From Fimbriimonadales bacterium (GTDB taxonomy: Bacteria > Armatimonadota > Fimbriimonadia > Fimbriimonadales > ATM1): a stretch of DNA of 64,000 nucleotides. Positions 1 through 9,281 of this stretch are shown here, piece after piece. Position 1 is the first letter of the stretch, and every line of letters starts with the position of its first letter. The notes beneath the pieces were generated by a model, which worked only from the letters and a program-made list of their open reading frames with translations, did no database searches and was not told the DNA's origin. The stretch spans positions 1 to 64,000 of the forward strand of contig JBGTLG010000016.1 in the NCBI GenBank assembly GCA_041744215.1, given 5' to 3'. The translations under genes were made by a program, and so were the position numbers.

Positions 1-292
1 ACGAGTACAGACTCATCCCCGAATGATGAAATGCAGAGTGCGAGAAGGGCGATCATGCCTATTCAAGTATGGCCCTAAGTGGGTTGATGCTGAATTGAAC
101 TGGGCGCACTATAACGGCGTTCTTGACGACAGACCTGACGACAACCAGGCGAATCTTGACGGAGCCCGGGACGACGTCAGCGACGTTGAGGTGATCTCGA
201 GGCAAAAACGAACCCCACCGACCATTGACGGACGGTCATCGGTCGGTCTCTTAATCAGCGGGTCATAGGTTCGAGTCCTATACGCCCTACCA
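1..292. mobile_element. Probable right end (att junction) of an element integrated in tRNA-Lys
   Basis: tRNA 3' fragment starting at the anticodon loop; direct repeats TGACGACA at 124-131 and 136-143 resembling integrase arm sites; CCGACC..GGTCGG inverted repeat at 218-246. Confidence 0.6.
248..292 (+). tRNA. 3' half of tRNA-Lys(CTT), from the anticodon loop to CCA; probable att-site remnant, not a complete tRNA
   Basis: CT-CTT-AA-TCAG, variable loop, ATAGG-TTCGAGT-CCTAT T-arm, ACGCCCT-A-CCA. No D-arm or 5' acceptor strand (RGGGCGT) upstream within the window. Confidence 0.85.
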
Positions 293-1084
293 TTATTCCA
301 ACAGTGATTCAAGGTCGGTTACGAGGCCTGATTGTGTTTGTGATTTTCGGATTGCGAGGAGGACGCCTTGCATGAATGATGTGCGGTCTGTGCTGTCGTG
401 GCGAATCGTGAGGAGTTCTCCGGGCCCGCCGAAGAGGACTTGTTGGTGTGCAAGGAGTCCCGGGAGGCGCACAGAGTGTATTCGCACATTCTCGACATTT
501 GCGCCGCGCGCGCCTTCTGCTTTTTGAAGTTCGGTGGGATCTGGAGCAGGCTCGGATCGCCGCGCGTTCGCGATGAGGTCTGCTGTGCGCATCGCCGTCC
601 CAGATGGCGCGTCGGCCTTCTTGTTGTGATGCAGTTCTATAATCTCAGCATCGGGATAGTACTTCGCCGCTTCTTTGCAGAACTTCATCATCAGCACAGC
701 GCCGATCGCGAAGTTTGGGATGTAGAGCGCAGGAAGATTTGTGTCTTCGCAAGCTTGCTTCAGTTTGTCGAGTGACGCTTCTGTGAGTCCGCTCGTGCCG
801 ATGATCGGGATCGCGCCGTGTCCAAGCGCGAGAAGCGCATTGTCCGCTGCGCAAGTTGGGTGCGTAAAGTCAACAATTACATCTGCGCCTTTGGTGTAAA
901 GTTCTGCACTCAGATTCTCGGTTACACGCAGGTCGCCCGCAGCCTCGCCAGCCCATTCGCGCACGGGTTCACCGAGTTTGTTTTTTCCGACCGCGAAGAC
1001 AAGCTGCATGTCGGGTGCCTCCACGACGGCTTTGCAGACTTCCCGACCCATTCGTCCCGCTGCGCCAGCAACACCAACGCGCAT
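293..1084 (-). CDS. dapB: 4-hydroxy-tetrahydrodipicolinate reductase
   Basis: GAAGRMG Rossmann motif, VDFT, GTSG, PNFAIG, ELHHNKKADAPSGTA. Confidence 0.97.
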   Translation of the reverse strand: MRVGVAGAAGRMGREVCKAVVEAPDMQLVFAVGKNKLGEPVREWAGEAAGDLRVTENLSAELYTKGADVIVDFTHPTCAADNALLALGHGAIPIIGTSGLTEASLDKLKQACEDTNLPALYIPNFAIGAVLMMKFCKEAAKYYPDAEIIELHHNKKADAPSGTAMRTADLIANARRSEPAPDPTELQKAEGARGANVENVRIHSVRLPGLLAHQQVLFGGPGELLTIRHDSTDRTSFMQGVLLAIRKSQTQSGLVTDLESLLE

Positions 1085-1701
1085 TATCTCAGCACTCTCT
1101 CAAGTCGCATACCACCGGATTCGAGTCTCACAGGCAATCCATCTGCTGCAACCCAGGTTTTGTGCGAATCGACATCAATTCTGTGGCAAACAACTTCTCC
1201 GATTGCACTCTTGATTGACTCCTCGCCAACGTATCTCACTTTTGACGCCACCCACTTTAGCGAGCCCATATCAAATCGCACATACTCCCATATGTCCCCG
1301 CGCTTCGGTGACTCCGTGACAAACCAAAACTCGGAGGCCGCCTTCAATTCTGCACGTACGGGCGCACGAACCACAGATTCTTTGCTGCCGCTGGCGTCTT
1401 CCACTTTGACTCGCGCCGAGTCCGTTCCAAAGGCAACGCTAATCTTCTGGTCTCCCTGCATCATCATCTTTCGTACTGGCTTTCCGGAAGGCTCGTACTC
1501 GGACTCTTGATTCACCACGGCGACGCGACCGTCTGCCGCGACAATCTCAACTCTCATGCGACTGAGCAAGTTTCGCAGCGGGGTGAAGTCTCTGGAAAGA
1601 GTTGCTTTGCCGGCAAGTTGATTATCGACAAAAACGTCGTACTCGGCCTTGACTTCAGTGGATGCAACCAATAGCAATGTGGTCGCGAGGATCGAGGTCA
1701 T
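1084..1701 (-). CDS. Hypothetical exported protein
   Basis: ORF coupled to dapB; hydrophobic N-terminus (MTSILATTLLLVAS), beta-rich body; start placed at ATG 1701. Confidence 0.7.
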   Translation of the reverse strand: MTSILATTLLLVASTEVKAEYDVFVDNQLAGKATLSRDFTPLRNLLSRMRVEIVAADGRVAVVNQESEYEPSGKPVRKMMMQGDQKISVAFGTDSARVKVEDASGSKESVVRAPVRAELKAASEFWFVTESPKRGDIWEYVRFDMGSLKWVASKVRYVGEESIKSAIGEVVCHRIDVDSHKTWVAADGLPVRLESGGMRLERVLR

Positions 1702-1763
1702 CCCTGAGGTGTACCCCAAAACGGGATGAGTAAACTGCGGTCATTCGCGGAACCATCCTTAAT

Positions 1764-2429
1764 GTGCTTGCGGTAGTCGCCGGCAGCCTGCTCGGGCTGG
1801 CGGTTGGTGATCGGTTGCCTTCCGACTACCGGGACCTGGCTCAGGCGGCAATCGGAATTGGAACTTTGGCGATGGGTTTCAAGCTGCTTCTTGAAACGAA
1901 GAACATTTTGATACCGATCGGATCGTTGATTTTGGGCGTGTTGCTGGGCCACCTGATCGGCGTTCAAGCGGGCGTGGACGCTTTGGGGGCGTGGGCAAAA
2001 GTTGCGTTTGGCAGTTCGTCGGAGACTTTTCAAGAAGCGTTTGTTACGACAAGCATTCTCTTTTGCGTTGGCCCGCTTACGCTCTTGGGGTGTTTGGAAG
2101 ATGGACTGGAAGGCAAGATCCGGCTACTCTCGCTGAAGTCGATGTTGGATGGAATCACATCTCTGTTCGTTGCGGCGGCATTAGGGGTAGGTGTGCTTTT
2201 GTCTGCAGCGACAGTATTGGTCGTGCAGGGGACATTGACTCTATTAGCAAAGCAGATGAAGCCGTTGGTCGAACGACGTCACGTTTTGGACGAAGTTTCA
2301 GCAACTGGCGCGCTGATCCTCGGCGTTATCGGATTGAATCTGCTGAAGGTGACGAGTTTGCCTTCGGCTGATTTTCTACCAGCATTGATCTTCGCAGGGA
2401 TTGCTGCGCGATTTTGGCCACCTAAGTAA
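1764..2429 (+). CDS. DUF554 family membrane protein (true start probably upstream, see findings)
   Basis: Multi-TM; LFCVGPLTLLGCLEDGL and LKSMLDG motifs; in-frame upstream IRGTILN. Confidence 0.9.
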   Translation: MLAVVAGSLLGLAVGDRLPSDYRDLAQAAIGIGTLAMGFKLLLETKNILIPIGSLILGVLLGHLIGVQAGVDALGAWAKVAFGSSSETFQEAFVTTSILFCVGPLTLLGCLEDGLEGKIRLLSLKSMLDGITSLFVAAALGVGVLLSAATVLVVQGTLTLLAKQMKPLVERRHVLDEVSATGALILGVIGLNLLKVTSLPSADFLPALIFAGIAARFWPPK

Positions 2430-3243
2430 CCCGCACGCTGTGTTCTTTGACGGGTACACCGTGCCCTACCCAAATGTACTGGAGCTTTTGCGATACTTCC
2501 TCCACCAAAAGGTGCGTTCTTAGGAGCGCTGCGAATTCATCGCGAGTGAATCGGTTGTAGGGCAGTCCGCCTTTGTGCGTCCCTATCTTATCCTTCCTGA
2601 GGCTCGCGAAGAGATCATACGAGTAGCCCGAAAGTGCGACGCCGCCTGTTGGCTTGCAGACTCTTGCCATTTCCGAAAGCATCCCCTCTGCCGTGGTCTG
2701 CTGCTCGAGATGCGAGATGAGTTGTGCGCTGAAGATCTTCGAGAAAGAGTTATCCGCAAATGGAAGGTTTAGAGGGTCGCAACAGATCCACGAGGTATAC
2801 CGAAATCCTGCAGATTGAATTCTGTCTCTGCAGACTCCGAGGTTGTGAATGGAGATGTCAGCGCAGACGTGTCGGCGGGGTATCTGAGTGAAACTGGTCG
2901 ATAGTCTCCCTCGACCTGCGCCAACTTCAAGAAGGAAGTCCCCTCCGGAGAGTTCGATCGCATTTCTGAAGGCCGAGATCTCGAACGGCGAGAAGAACTT
3001 GGTTAGGAAGCCGGATTCCATCTCAAGTGCACGAGCCTGCCATGCGCGCGGATTTGGAACACCGGGAGACATATCGGCAGGCAGCAGTTCTGCTATCGAA
3101 TCGCGGATCGCAAACTCTCTGCCGTTTCCTCGACTCTTGAGCGTGCCTTCGATGACCCTGTTGTCGAGTTCGTCTCTGACTGCAAGGTCGAGTTCCGCGC
3201 CCGAATCTGGGCATCGCAAGAGGGAAATGACATCCTTATCCAT
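2422..3243 (-). CDS. Class I SAM-dependent methyltransferase with N-terminal Trm112-like domain
   Basis: LLRCPDS...FAIRDSIAELL N-terminal module; LLEVGAGRG motif I; LPFADNSF. Confidence 0.8.
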   Translation of the reverse strand: MDKDVISLLRCPDSGAELDLAVRDELDNRVIEGTLKSRGNGREFAIRDSIAELLPADMSPGVPNPRAWQARALEMESGFLTKFFSPFEISAFRNAIELSGGDFLLEVGAGRGRLSTSFTQIPRRHVCADISIHNLGVCRDRIQSAGFRYTSWICCDPLNLPFADNSFSKIFSAQLISHLEQQTTAEGMLSEMARVCKPTGGVALSGYSYDLFASLRKDKIGTHKGGLPYNRFTRDEFAALLRTHLLVEEVSQKLQYIWVGHGVPVKEHSVRVT

Positions 3244-3270
3244 ATTGCTCGCCGCGTGCTCGGGGTGTGC

Positions 3271-5172
3271 TCATCGCATCGATCGCTGACTGGTGAGCGA
3301 CGCGGCCCTTTCTACTATCTTCGCCGGCGTGAGGCCGACTTCCTCCAGAAGTTCACCTTGCGAGCCGTGTTCGACGAACCGATCGGGCAGCGCCAGGGTT
3401 TCGATTGGGACATCCGATAGGCCATTTTCACGGAGCAAACGCGACACTGCTTCGCCGAAACCGCCAGGAGCCGCGTTCTCCTCAGCGATGACTATTCTTT
3501 CTGTCTTTCTCGCTAGGCCCAGGATCGCCTCTTCATCCAATGGCTTGGCGAACCGAGCATTGAAGACCGCGGCGCTTATCCCGGACACTCCAAGTTCGCG
3601 TGCAGCCTCGAAACACATCGCGACGGTGCTGCCGAATCCGATCAGCGCGACATCTGTTCCGTCGAGAAGCAATTCGCCTTTTCCAAATCGTATCGGCGTT
3701 CGCGATTCAGGAAGCGTATCGTCGGCTGTGCCGCGCGGATATCTGACCGCGATGGGGCCATCGGAGTAGTCCATTGCGAATCGAATCATTTCGGACAGCT
3801 CGGTTGTATCTCGCGGAGCGGCTATGACGAAGTTTGGAATAAACATCAGATAGCTGATGTCGAACGCGCCGTGGTGAGTTGCGCCGTCTGCGCCGACTAA
3901 CCCTCCGCGATCCATGAAGAACCGGACAGGAAGGTTTTGAATTGCGACATCGTGGAGTACTTGATCGTAGCCTCTCTGCAAAAATGTGCTGTAGATTGCG
4001 CACGCTGGCTTCATGCCGCCTGCGGCAAGCCCCGCGCAGAAGGTGACTGCGTGCTGCTCTGCGATTCCGACATCGAAGTATTGGTCCGGAAGTTCCTTGC
4101 TAAACCTTGTGAGACCAGTGCCGTCTGGCATCGCTGCCGTTATCGCTACGACTTTCGGATCTGCGTTAGCAATCGCGAGGAGCGTGTCCCCGAAGACTTG
4201 CGTGTAGCTGACAGGGCCGGCCGACTTCGGCATTTCGCAGAGTTCGGGATCGAATGGTACGACTCCGTGCCACTTTCGAGCATCTTCTTCTGCGACCTCG
4301 TACCCCTTGCCTTTAACGGTGATGCAATGAACAAAGACTGGACCCTTCAAATCGCGGACGTTTGAAAACACATCGAGGAGCACGTCGAGATTGTGTCCGT
4401 CGATTGGGCCGATGTACTGGAATCCGAGCTCTTCAAAGATCGCACCCGTGTCCTCTGGAGCGAAGTAGTGCGTTACTGAGTGCTTCATTCCAGACGCTGC
4501 CTTCTGGATGGGCTTGGGGAACCTCTCAACGAATCGCTTGGCGGTTTCTTCTGCTGACGCGAACCAGGGACGACTTCGGAGTTTTGCAAAATGGTGTGTA
4601 AGCGCGCCAACGTTTTCCGCTATCGACATTTTGTTGTCGTTTAGTACAACGGTGATGTCGGTGTTCAATTGCGCGGCGTTGTTCAGCGCCTCCCAAGCCA
4701 TGCCACCGGTCATCGCGGCGTCTCCGCTAATCGCGACGACTTTTTCATTCGTTTTGAGCCGATCTCTCGCAACAGCGTAACCGAGCGCGCCCGATATCGC
4801 GGTGCAAGCGTGGCCAGCGCCCCAGTGGTCATGTTCGCATTCTGCCATCCTCAGGAAGCCGCTTATGCCTCCATATTTTCGCAAGCCATCGAACTTGTCG
4901 AGGCGTCCAGTAAGCAGCTTATGCGGGTATGCCTGGTGGCCGGTGTCCCAACAGATCTTGTCCGGGGGGATCGAGTAGCTGGCATAAAGGGCGACCGTGA
5001 GTTCGACGGTTCCGAGATTGCTGGCGAAGTGGCCCCCGGTCTTGCTCACATTATCGAGGATCGCCTGCCGAACCTCTGCGGCAAGCTGCTTCAGCTCAGC
5101 TCGGTTCAACCCGTGGAGTTGTGCCGGGCTTTGAATCTGACTTAGTATGGGGTAGCGAGGCTCGCCGCTCAT
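3271..5172 (-). CDS. dxs: 1-deoxy-D-xylulose-5-phosphate synthase
   Basis: GGHFASNLG, WDTGHQAYPHK, GDAAMTGG, DVGIAEQHAV, YSTFLQR; start at ATG 5172 (MSGEPRY). Confidence 0.97.
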   Translation of the reverse strand: MSGEPRYPILSQIQSPAQLHGLNRAELKQLAAEVRQAILDNVSKTGGHFASNLGTVELTVALYASYSIPPDKICWDTGHQAYPHKLLTGRLDKFDGLRKYGGISGFLRMAECEHDHWGAGHACTAISGALGYAVARDRLKTNEKVVAISGDAAMTGGMAWEALNNAAQLNTDITVVLNDNKMSIAENVGALTHHFAKLRSRPWFASAEETAKRFVERFPKPIQKAASGMKHSVTHYFAPEDTGAIFEELGFQYIGPIDGHNLDVLLDVFSNVRDLKGPVFVHCITVKGKGYEVAEEDARKWHGVVPFDPELCEMPKSAGPVSYTQVFGDTLLAIANADPKVVAITAAMPDGTGLTRFSKELPDQYFDVGIAEQHAVTFCAGLAAGGMKPACAIYSTFLQRGYDQVLHDVAIQNLPVRFFMDRGGLVGADGATHHGAFDISYLMFIPNFVIAAPRDTTELSEMIRFAMDYSDGPIAVRYPRGTADDTLPESRTPIRFGKGELLLDGTDVALIGFGSTVAMCFEAARELGVSGISAAVFNARFAKPLDEEAILGLARKTERIVIAEENAAPGGFGEAVSRLLRENGLSDVPIETLALPDRFVEHGSQGELLEEVGLTPAKIVERAASLTSQRSMR

Positions 5173-5182
5173 TGGTGTTTTC

Positions 5183-6421
5183 CTATTGTACGCCTTCGGC
5201 GATGGCCTGGGCATACCGTACAGACGCTCCACGGCGGCTTTCTATCAACTTCTTGCCCGCGAGGGCCATTGATTTTGCTAATTCTGGTTCTTTCAGAACT
5301 TTGAGAACCATCGATCGAAGTTGTTCAGGCGTGGCTGCGACGAGGAGCGCGTTGGCCTTCTGGGCCTCCTCGAACGGCTCACGGAAGTTTGCCATGTTCT
5401 GGCCGCATACCACCGGGCATCCCACTGCAAGCGGCTGGATGATGTTCTGACCTCCGAGGTTGTCGAAGCCACCCCCTATGATTGCGACCGTGGCACCTGC
5501 GTACGTCGAGGCAAGCTCGCCGTAAGTGTCCAGCACGAGAAGATCCGAGTCGTCTTGATTCATAGACCTGAGGCCCGCATTGAAACCCCTTGCTGCGGCC
5601 TTCTCGAGAACCTCATAGCTTCGCTCGACGTGCCTCGGAGCGAACAGAATTCTCGCATCGATTCCCACGAGGGCGTCGAGTATAAAGTCCTCCTCGAACT
5701 CGCCTCTCGCGCTTCCAACAACGATGAACGGTTTGTCCGGTAACGCGTTCATTCCTTGGCGAATTGCCGCCGTCTCAGGTTGCACTGCTTCGTCGTACTT
5801 ACTATTCCCAAACACCTCAACCACCCGCGCTCCAAGTTTTGAGATACGCTCAGCATCAACTTCCGTTTGCATTAAGCAAAGGTCGAGATTGCTCAGCAGC
5901 GCTTTGTAGAAAAACGAGACTCTCTTCGAACGCTCGAAGCTACGCGATGAGACTCGGCCGTTGACAAGCATTGTGTTGGATCCGAATCGCTTGGAGAAGT
6001 ACAGGAAATTCATCCACAACTCAGTTTCCATGATGGCGACGACATCGGGACGAACCGCGGCGATCGCGCGTTTGACAGCAGGCGAAAAGTCAATTGGGAA
6101 GTAGAAGAGATAGTCGACAGTTTTTCCGAGCAGCGAACGAGCCATCTCGTGGCCCGTTGAGGTCGTGGTCGTGAGAACCACTTCGATGCTGGCGTCTTTG
6201 TCTCGCAGCGCTGTGAGAATCGGCCTTGCAGCGATGACTTCGCCGACGCTGACAGCATGGATCCACGCGCGGGGTCGACTGGATTTTGGCGGGATTTGAT
6301 ATCGACCCCACCGCTCAGCCCAGTTTGGCGCCTCCTTCCGCTTCTTAGTTCGAGACACCATCCAGGGCAGCCAAACCGGCGATAGAATCGCGATTAGCAG
6401 ATTGTACGCAAGACGAATCAA
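5183..6421 (-). CDS. waaA: 3-deoxy-D-manno-octulosonic acid (Kdo) transferase
   Basis: WIHAVSVGEV, TTTTSTG, METELW, GNSKYD, APRHVER, GGQNIIQP. Confidence 0.93.
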   Translation of the reverse strand: MIRLAYNLLIAILSPVWLPWMVSRTKKRKEAPNWAERWGRYQIPPKSSRPRAWIHAVSVGEVIAARPILTALRDKDASIEVVLTTTTSTGHEMARSLLGKTVDYLFYFPIDFSPAVKRAIAAVRPDVVAIMETELWMNFLYFSKRFGSNTMLVNGRVSSRSFERSKRVSFFYKALLSNLDLCLMQTEVDAERISKLGARVVEVFGNSKYDEAVQPETAAIRQGMNALPDKPFIVVGSARGEFEEDFILDALVGIDARILFAPRHVERSYEVLEKAAARGFNAGLRSMNQDDSDLLVLDTYGELASTYAGATVAIIGGGFDNLGGQNIIQPLAVGCPVVCGQNMANFREPFEEAQKANALLVAATPEQLRSMVLKVLKEPELAKSMALAGKKLIESRRGASVRYAQAIAEGVQ

Positions 6422-7071
6422 ACGAAACCCATCTCCCTCTCGGCTCGGCTTTGCAGGTCAGTGAGTTGCTCCTCCAAAGTGGAGGCAAGCGCTTCCAGTT
6501 CCGGTTCGGTAGCTTCTTGCGGGATGAGTATCGGTTCTCCAATTAGTATGATTCCCTTGGCAAACGGCAGCGGAATCATATACTTGTCCCAACTGCTGAA
6601 CAACTTTCTCGGCCGCGCACTGGATGCCGCTGGGAGGATCGCCGCGTTTCCTTTTTGCGCAAGCCACAGGATGCCTCGCTGAACTTTCTGCGACGGGCCA
6701 CGTGGGCCATCGGGTGTGAAAACGAACGTGTCGCCGGATTTTAGAATCCTGGCGCACTCGACGGCAGCGCGCGCACCGCCACGGCCCGTGCTTCCCCGAA
6801 CCGTTCGAAAGCCAAAGCGCTTGAAGATGCCATCTTGCATCTCGCCGTCGCGAGAGTGACTGATGAGCGCCCACCAATTCCTGTTTCTGAACATTAGGGC
6901 TGCCAGAAACGTTCGGCCATGCCACCCGGCAACAATTTTGCCGCCTTCTGTAGCGGTTATGTTTTCCCAGCCAACAACGCGAACGCGGAGCGTGAGGCCG
7001 ATGATCCTCGCGATAAAGTAGATGCCTGAGGCGAAAAACCTGGGTCTAACGCCACGCCACCAGCCTCGCAT
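6418..7071 (-). CDS. DUF374 / lysophospholipid acyltransferase family protein
   Basis: WHGR, SHSRDGE, RGSTGRGG, TPDGPRGP, SWD motifs; adjacent to waaA as is typical. Confidence 0.9.
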   Translation of the reverse strand: MRGWWRGVRPRFFASGIYFIARIIGLTLRVRVVGWENITATEGGKIVAGWHGRTFLAALMFRNRNWWALISHSRDGEMQDGIFKRFGFRTVRGSTGRGGARAAVECARILKSGDTFVFTPDGPRGPSQKVQRGILWLAQKGNAAILPAASSARPRKLFSSWDKYMIPLPFAKGIILIGEPILIPQEATEPELEALASTLEEQLTDLQSRAEREMGFV

Positions 7072-7114
7072 GACGCGAAGTTTAGCAGAGCAGACGTCTA
7101 TAATCGTTGTGGTT

Positions 7115-8044
7115 ATGAATAAGGCGCTTCTCGCGACACTTCTTTTGGCAAGTTTGGGTTGTGCTCATGAGGCGCCGATGCCCACAGCAAAAGCCGAGCC
7201 GGCGCCATTTGCATATCAGTCGTCTGCTCCTTTAGAGGCTGATGTGTCTAGCCCGACGGCCCGCACTGGTCTGCTTTCCTATCGATTCACCCTGCGTGGA
7301 CATAGCGGGCGGGTTCCCGGAATCCTGACCGTTCCAACACAAGCGGAGGGGAAACCCGCAGTGATTTTGATGCTACACGGAATGGGTGGCAAGAAAGAGG
7401 ACTTGACGGCAGTGGCGGTCATGGCAGCAGCAGCAGGTTATGCGACGGTCGCAATCGACGCCCCATTGCATGGAGATCGAAAAGTCGAAGGTCAAGCAAT
7501 CATCGATAAGGACCCAGCACAGACGCGCAAGCACTGGGTCGAGGCGATCATAGATTGGAGAAGAACCATCGACTTTCTTGAGTCACGAGATGATATCGAC
7601 TCGAGTCGATTAATTCTTCTAGGCGCGAGCATGGGCGGCATGATGGGAGCGATGCTGGCGGGAACGGACACGCGAGTCGACGCAGCTGCTTTGCTCATCG
7701 CCGGCGGAGATTGGATGTCACTGTTCAATGGCAGTACGCATCCAAGTGTCGCTGTGTTCGACGGAATGGCGAAGGAAGATTACGCAATTGCGATTAAGAC
7801 GCACATGTCCGACATTGATCCTATTGAGTGGGTAGCCAAGATCTCTCCGAGACCGATTCTGTTCGTGAACGGCACGAAGGACGAGATTATCCCAAAGGCA
7901 TCGGCCCAGGCGCTGATAGACGCTGCAAAGGAACCAAAGGAAGTGGTGTGGGACGCAGTCGGGCACACGATCTCGCCGCTTAGGCTCCCTAAGATATTGG
8001 ACTGGATCAAGACTCACACCCCGAAGCCAAAGGGTGGCGCGTAG
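7115..8044 (+). CDS. Alpha/beta-hydrolase, putative lipoprotein
   Basis: Lipobox-like SLGC, HGMGG oxyanion region, GASMG nucleophile, D and GH triad candidates. Confidence 0.85.
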   Translation: MNKALLATLLLASLGCAHEAPMPTAKAEPAPFAYQSSAPLEADVSSPTARTGLLSYRFTLRGHSGRVPGILTVPTQAEGKPAVILMLHGMGGKKEDLTAVAVMAAAAGYATVAIDAPLHGDRKVEGQAIIDKDPAQTRKHWVEAIIDWRRTIDFLESRDDIDSSRLILLGASMGGMMGAMLAGTDTRVDAAALLIAGGDWMSLFNGSTHPSVAVFDGMAKEDYAIAIKTHMSDIDPIEWVAKISPRPILFVNGTKDEIIPKASAQALIDAAKEPKEVVWDAVGHTISPLRLPKILDWIKTHTPKPKGGA

Positions 8045-8958
8045 GCACCTTTCTCCGTGACGATCCAGTCGATGAGGGAGGCGGGAGTAACGTCGAAGGC
8101 CGGGTTCCAGACCGTTGCGCCGACGGGAGCGACCCTGTGGCCGTCGATTTCGAGGAGTTCAGCTGGGTCGCGCTCTTCGATTGGGATGCCTGCACCGTCC
8201 TCCGCGCTGGTGTCGATCGTCGAAGTCGGCGCGGCGATGGCGAAGGGAATACCATTTTGTCGCGCAGCGATCGCGAGGGCGTACGTTCCGATCTTGTTCG
8301 CTGTGTCGCCGTTTTTTGCGATGCGATCTGCACCCGCGACAACCAACTGTGCGCCGTGCGTTCTCATGAACCACGCAGCCGCGCTATCGGCTACACACCT
8401 GAAGGGTACTCCGTCATGCAGACATTCCCACGCTGAGAGCCGAAGACCTTGTTGCCGTGGTCGGGTCTCGCAAAGGATCACTTCTCGAAGCCTTTCTTGT
8501 TTGTGTAGGGTTCGAACCACGCCGAGCGCTGTTCCGATTCCGGGTGCTGCCAAGCTGCCTGTGTTGCAGATGGTGATGACAGTTGCATCACCAACAACTA
8601 GTGCTGCACCGTGGAGTCCGATTCGTTCGTTTGCTTCCCTTTCCTCTTCGTGAATCAGCTTCGCTTCTGCGAGGCAATTCTCTGCAACTGCAACTCTGTC
8701 GAGCGCATGAAAAAGATTAATCGCGGTTGGCCGCGTTGCGGCGAGTCCTAACTTCGCCACTTCGCTACCCTCTGCCAGCGCAAGTCCGTATGCGGCAGCT
8801 ACGCCGATTAGCGGGGCTCCCCTAACTGCCATCGTCTCAATCGCCTCTGCCACTTGCTCCCACGTACGGGCGTCAATCCACTTTTCTTCGTGTGGTAGCG
8901 CGCGCTGGTCCAGGATCCTGACTGTTCCATCGCTCCAATACACAGGCTCTAGCTTCAC
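8014..8958 (-). CDS. mtnA: S-methyl-5-thioribose-1-phosphate isomerase
   Basis: VRGAPLIG, RPTAINL, CNTGSLA, ETRP, GADRIAKNGDTANKIG, NPAFDVTP. Confidence 0.95.
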   Translation of the reverse strand: MKLEPVYWSDGTVRILDQRALPHEEKWIDARTWEQVAEAIETMAVRGAPLIGVAAAYGLALAEGSEVAKLGLAATRPTAINLFHALDRVAVAENCLAEAKLIHEEEREANERIGLHGAALVVGDATVITICNTGSLAAPGIGTALGVVRTLHKQERLREVILCETRPRQQGLRLSAWECLHDGVPFRCVADSAAAWFMRTHGAQLVVAGADRIAKNGDTANKIGTYALAIAARQNGIPFAIAAPTSTIDTSAEDGAGIPIEERDPAELLEIDGHRVAPVGATVWNPAFDVTPASLIDWIVTEKGAYAPPFGFGV

Positions 8959-9044
8959 CTCAAGAGGATACCGGATAGTAGTTTTGAGTCAGATTTGATG
9001 GAAAAACTATACTAACGGCGCCGAAATGTGCCATAACTTTTCCC

Positions 9045-9281
9045 GTGAGCGACCTCAGCCTGCTGGGACGGCTACTCGTGATGGCGGGGATTGGACTCGC
9101 CGCGATCGGCGCGCTTCTCCTCCTCGCAGAGAAGGTGCCAGGCATTCGGCTGTTCAGGCTGCCGGGAGATATTCGAATTGAACGCGAGGGGGCGTCGATC
9201 TACATTCCGATCGTTTCGATGTTGTTGATTAGCGGAGTGCTTACTCTCCTACTTTGGCTATTTGGGTGGATGAAAAAGTGA
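9045..9281 (+). CDS. DUF2905 family small membrane protein
   Basis: TM-RLPGDIRIE-YIPIVS-TM signature. Confidence 0.9.
   Translation: MSDLSLLGRLLVMAGIGLAAIGALLLLAEKVPGIRLFRLPGDIRIEREGASIYIPIVSMLLISGVLTLLLWLFGWMKK

Noticed and set aside
23-268. 81-aa ORF at the window start
   Set aside because: Runs through the att-like repeats and into the tRNA fragment; no recognisable motif.
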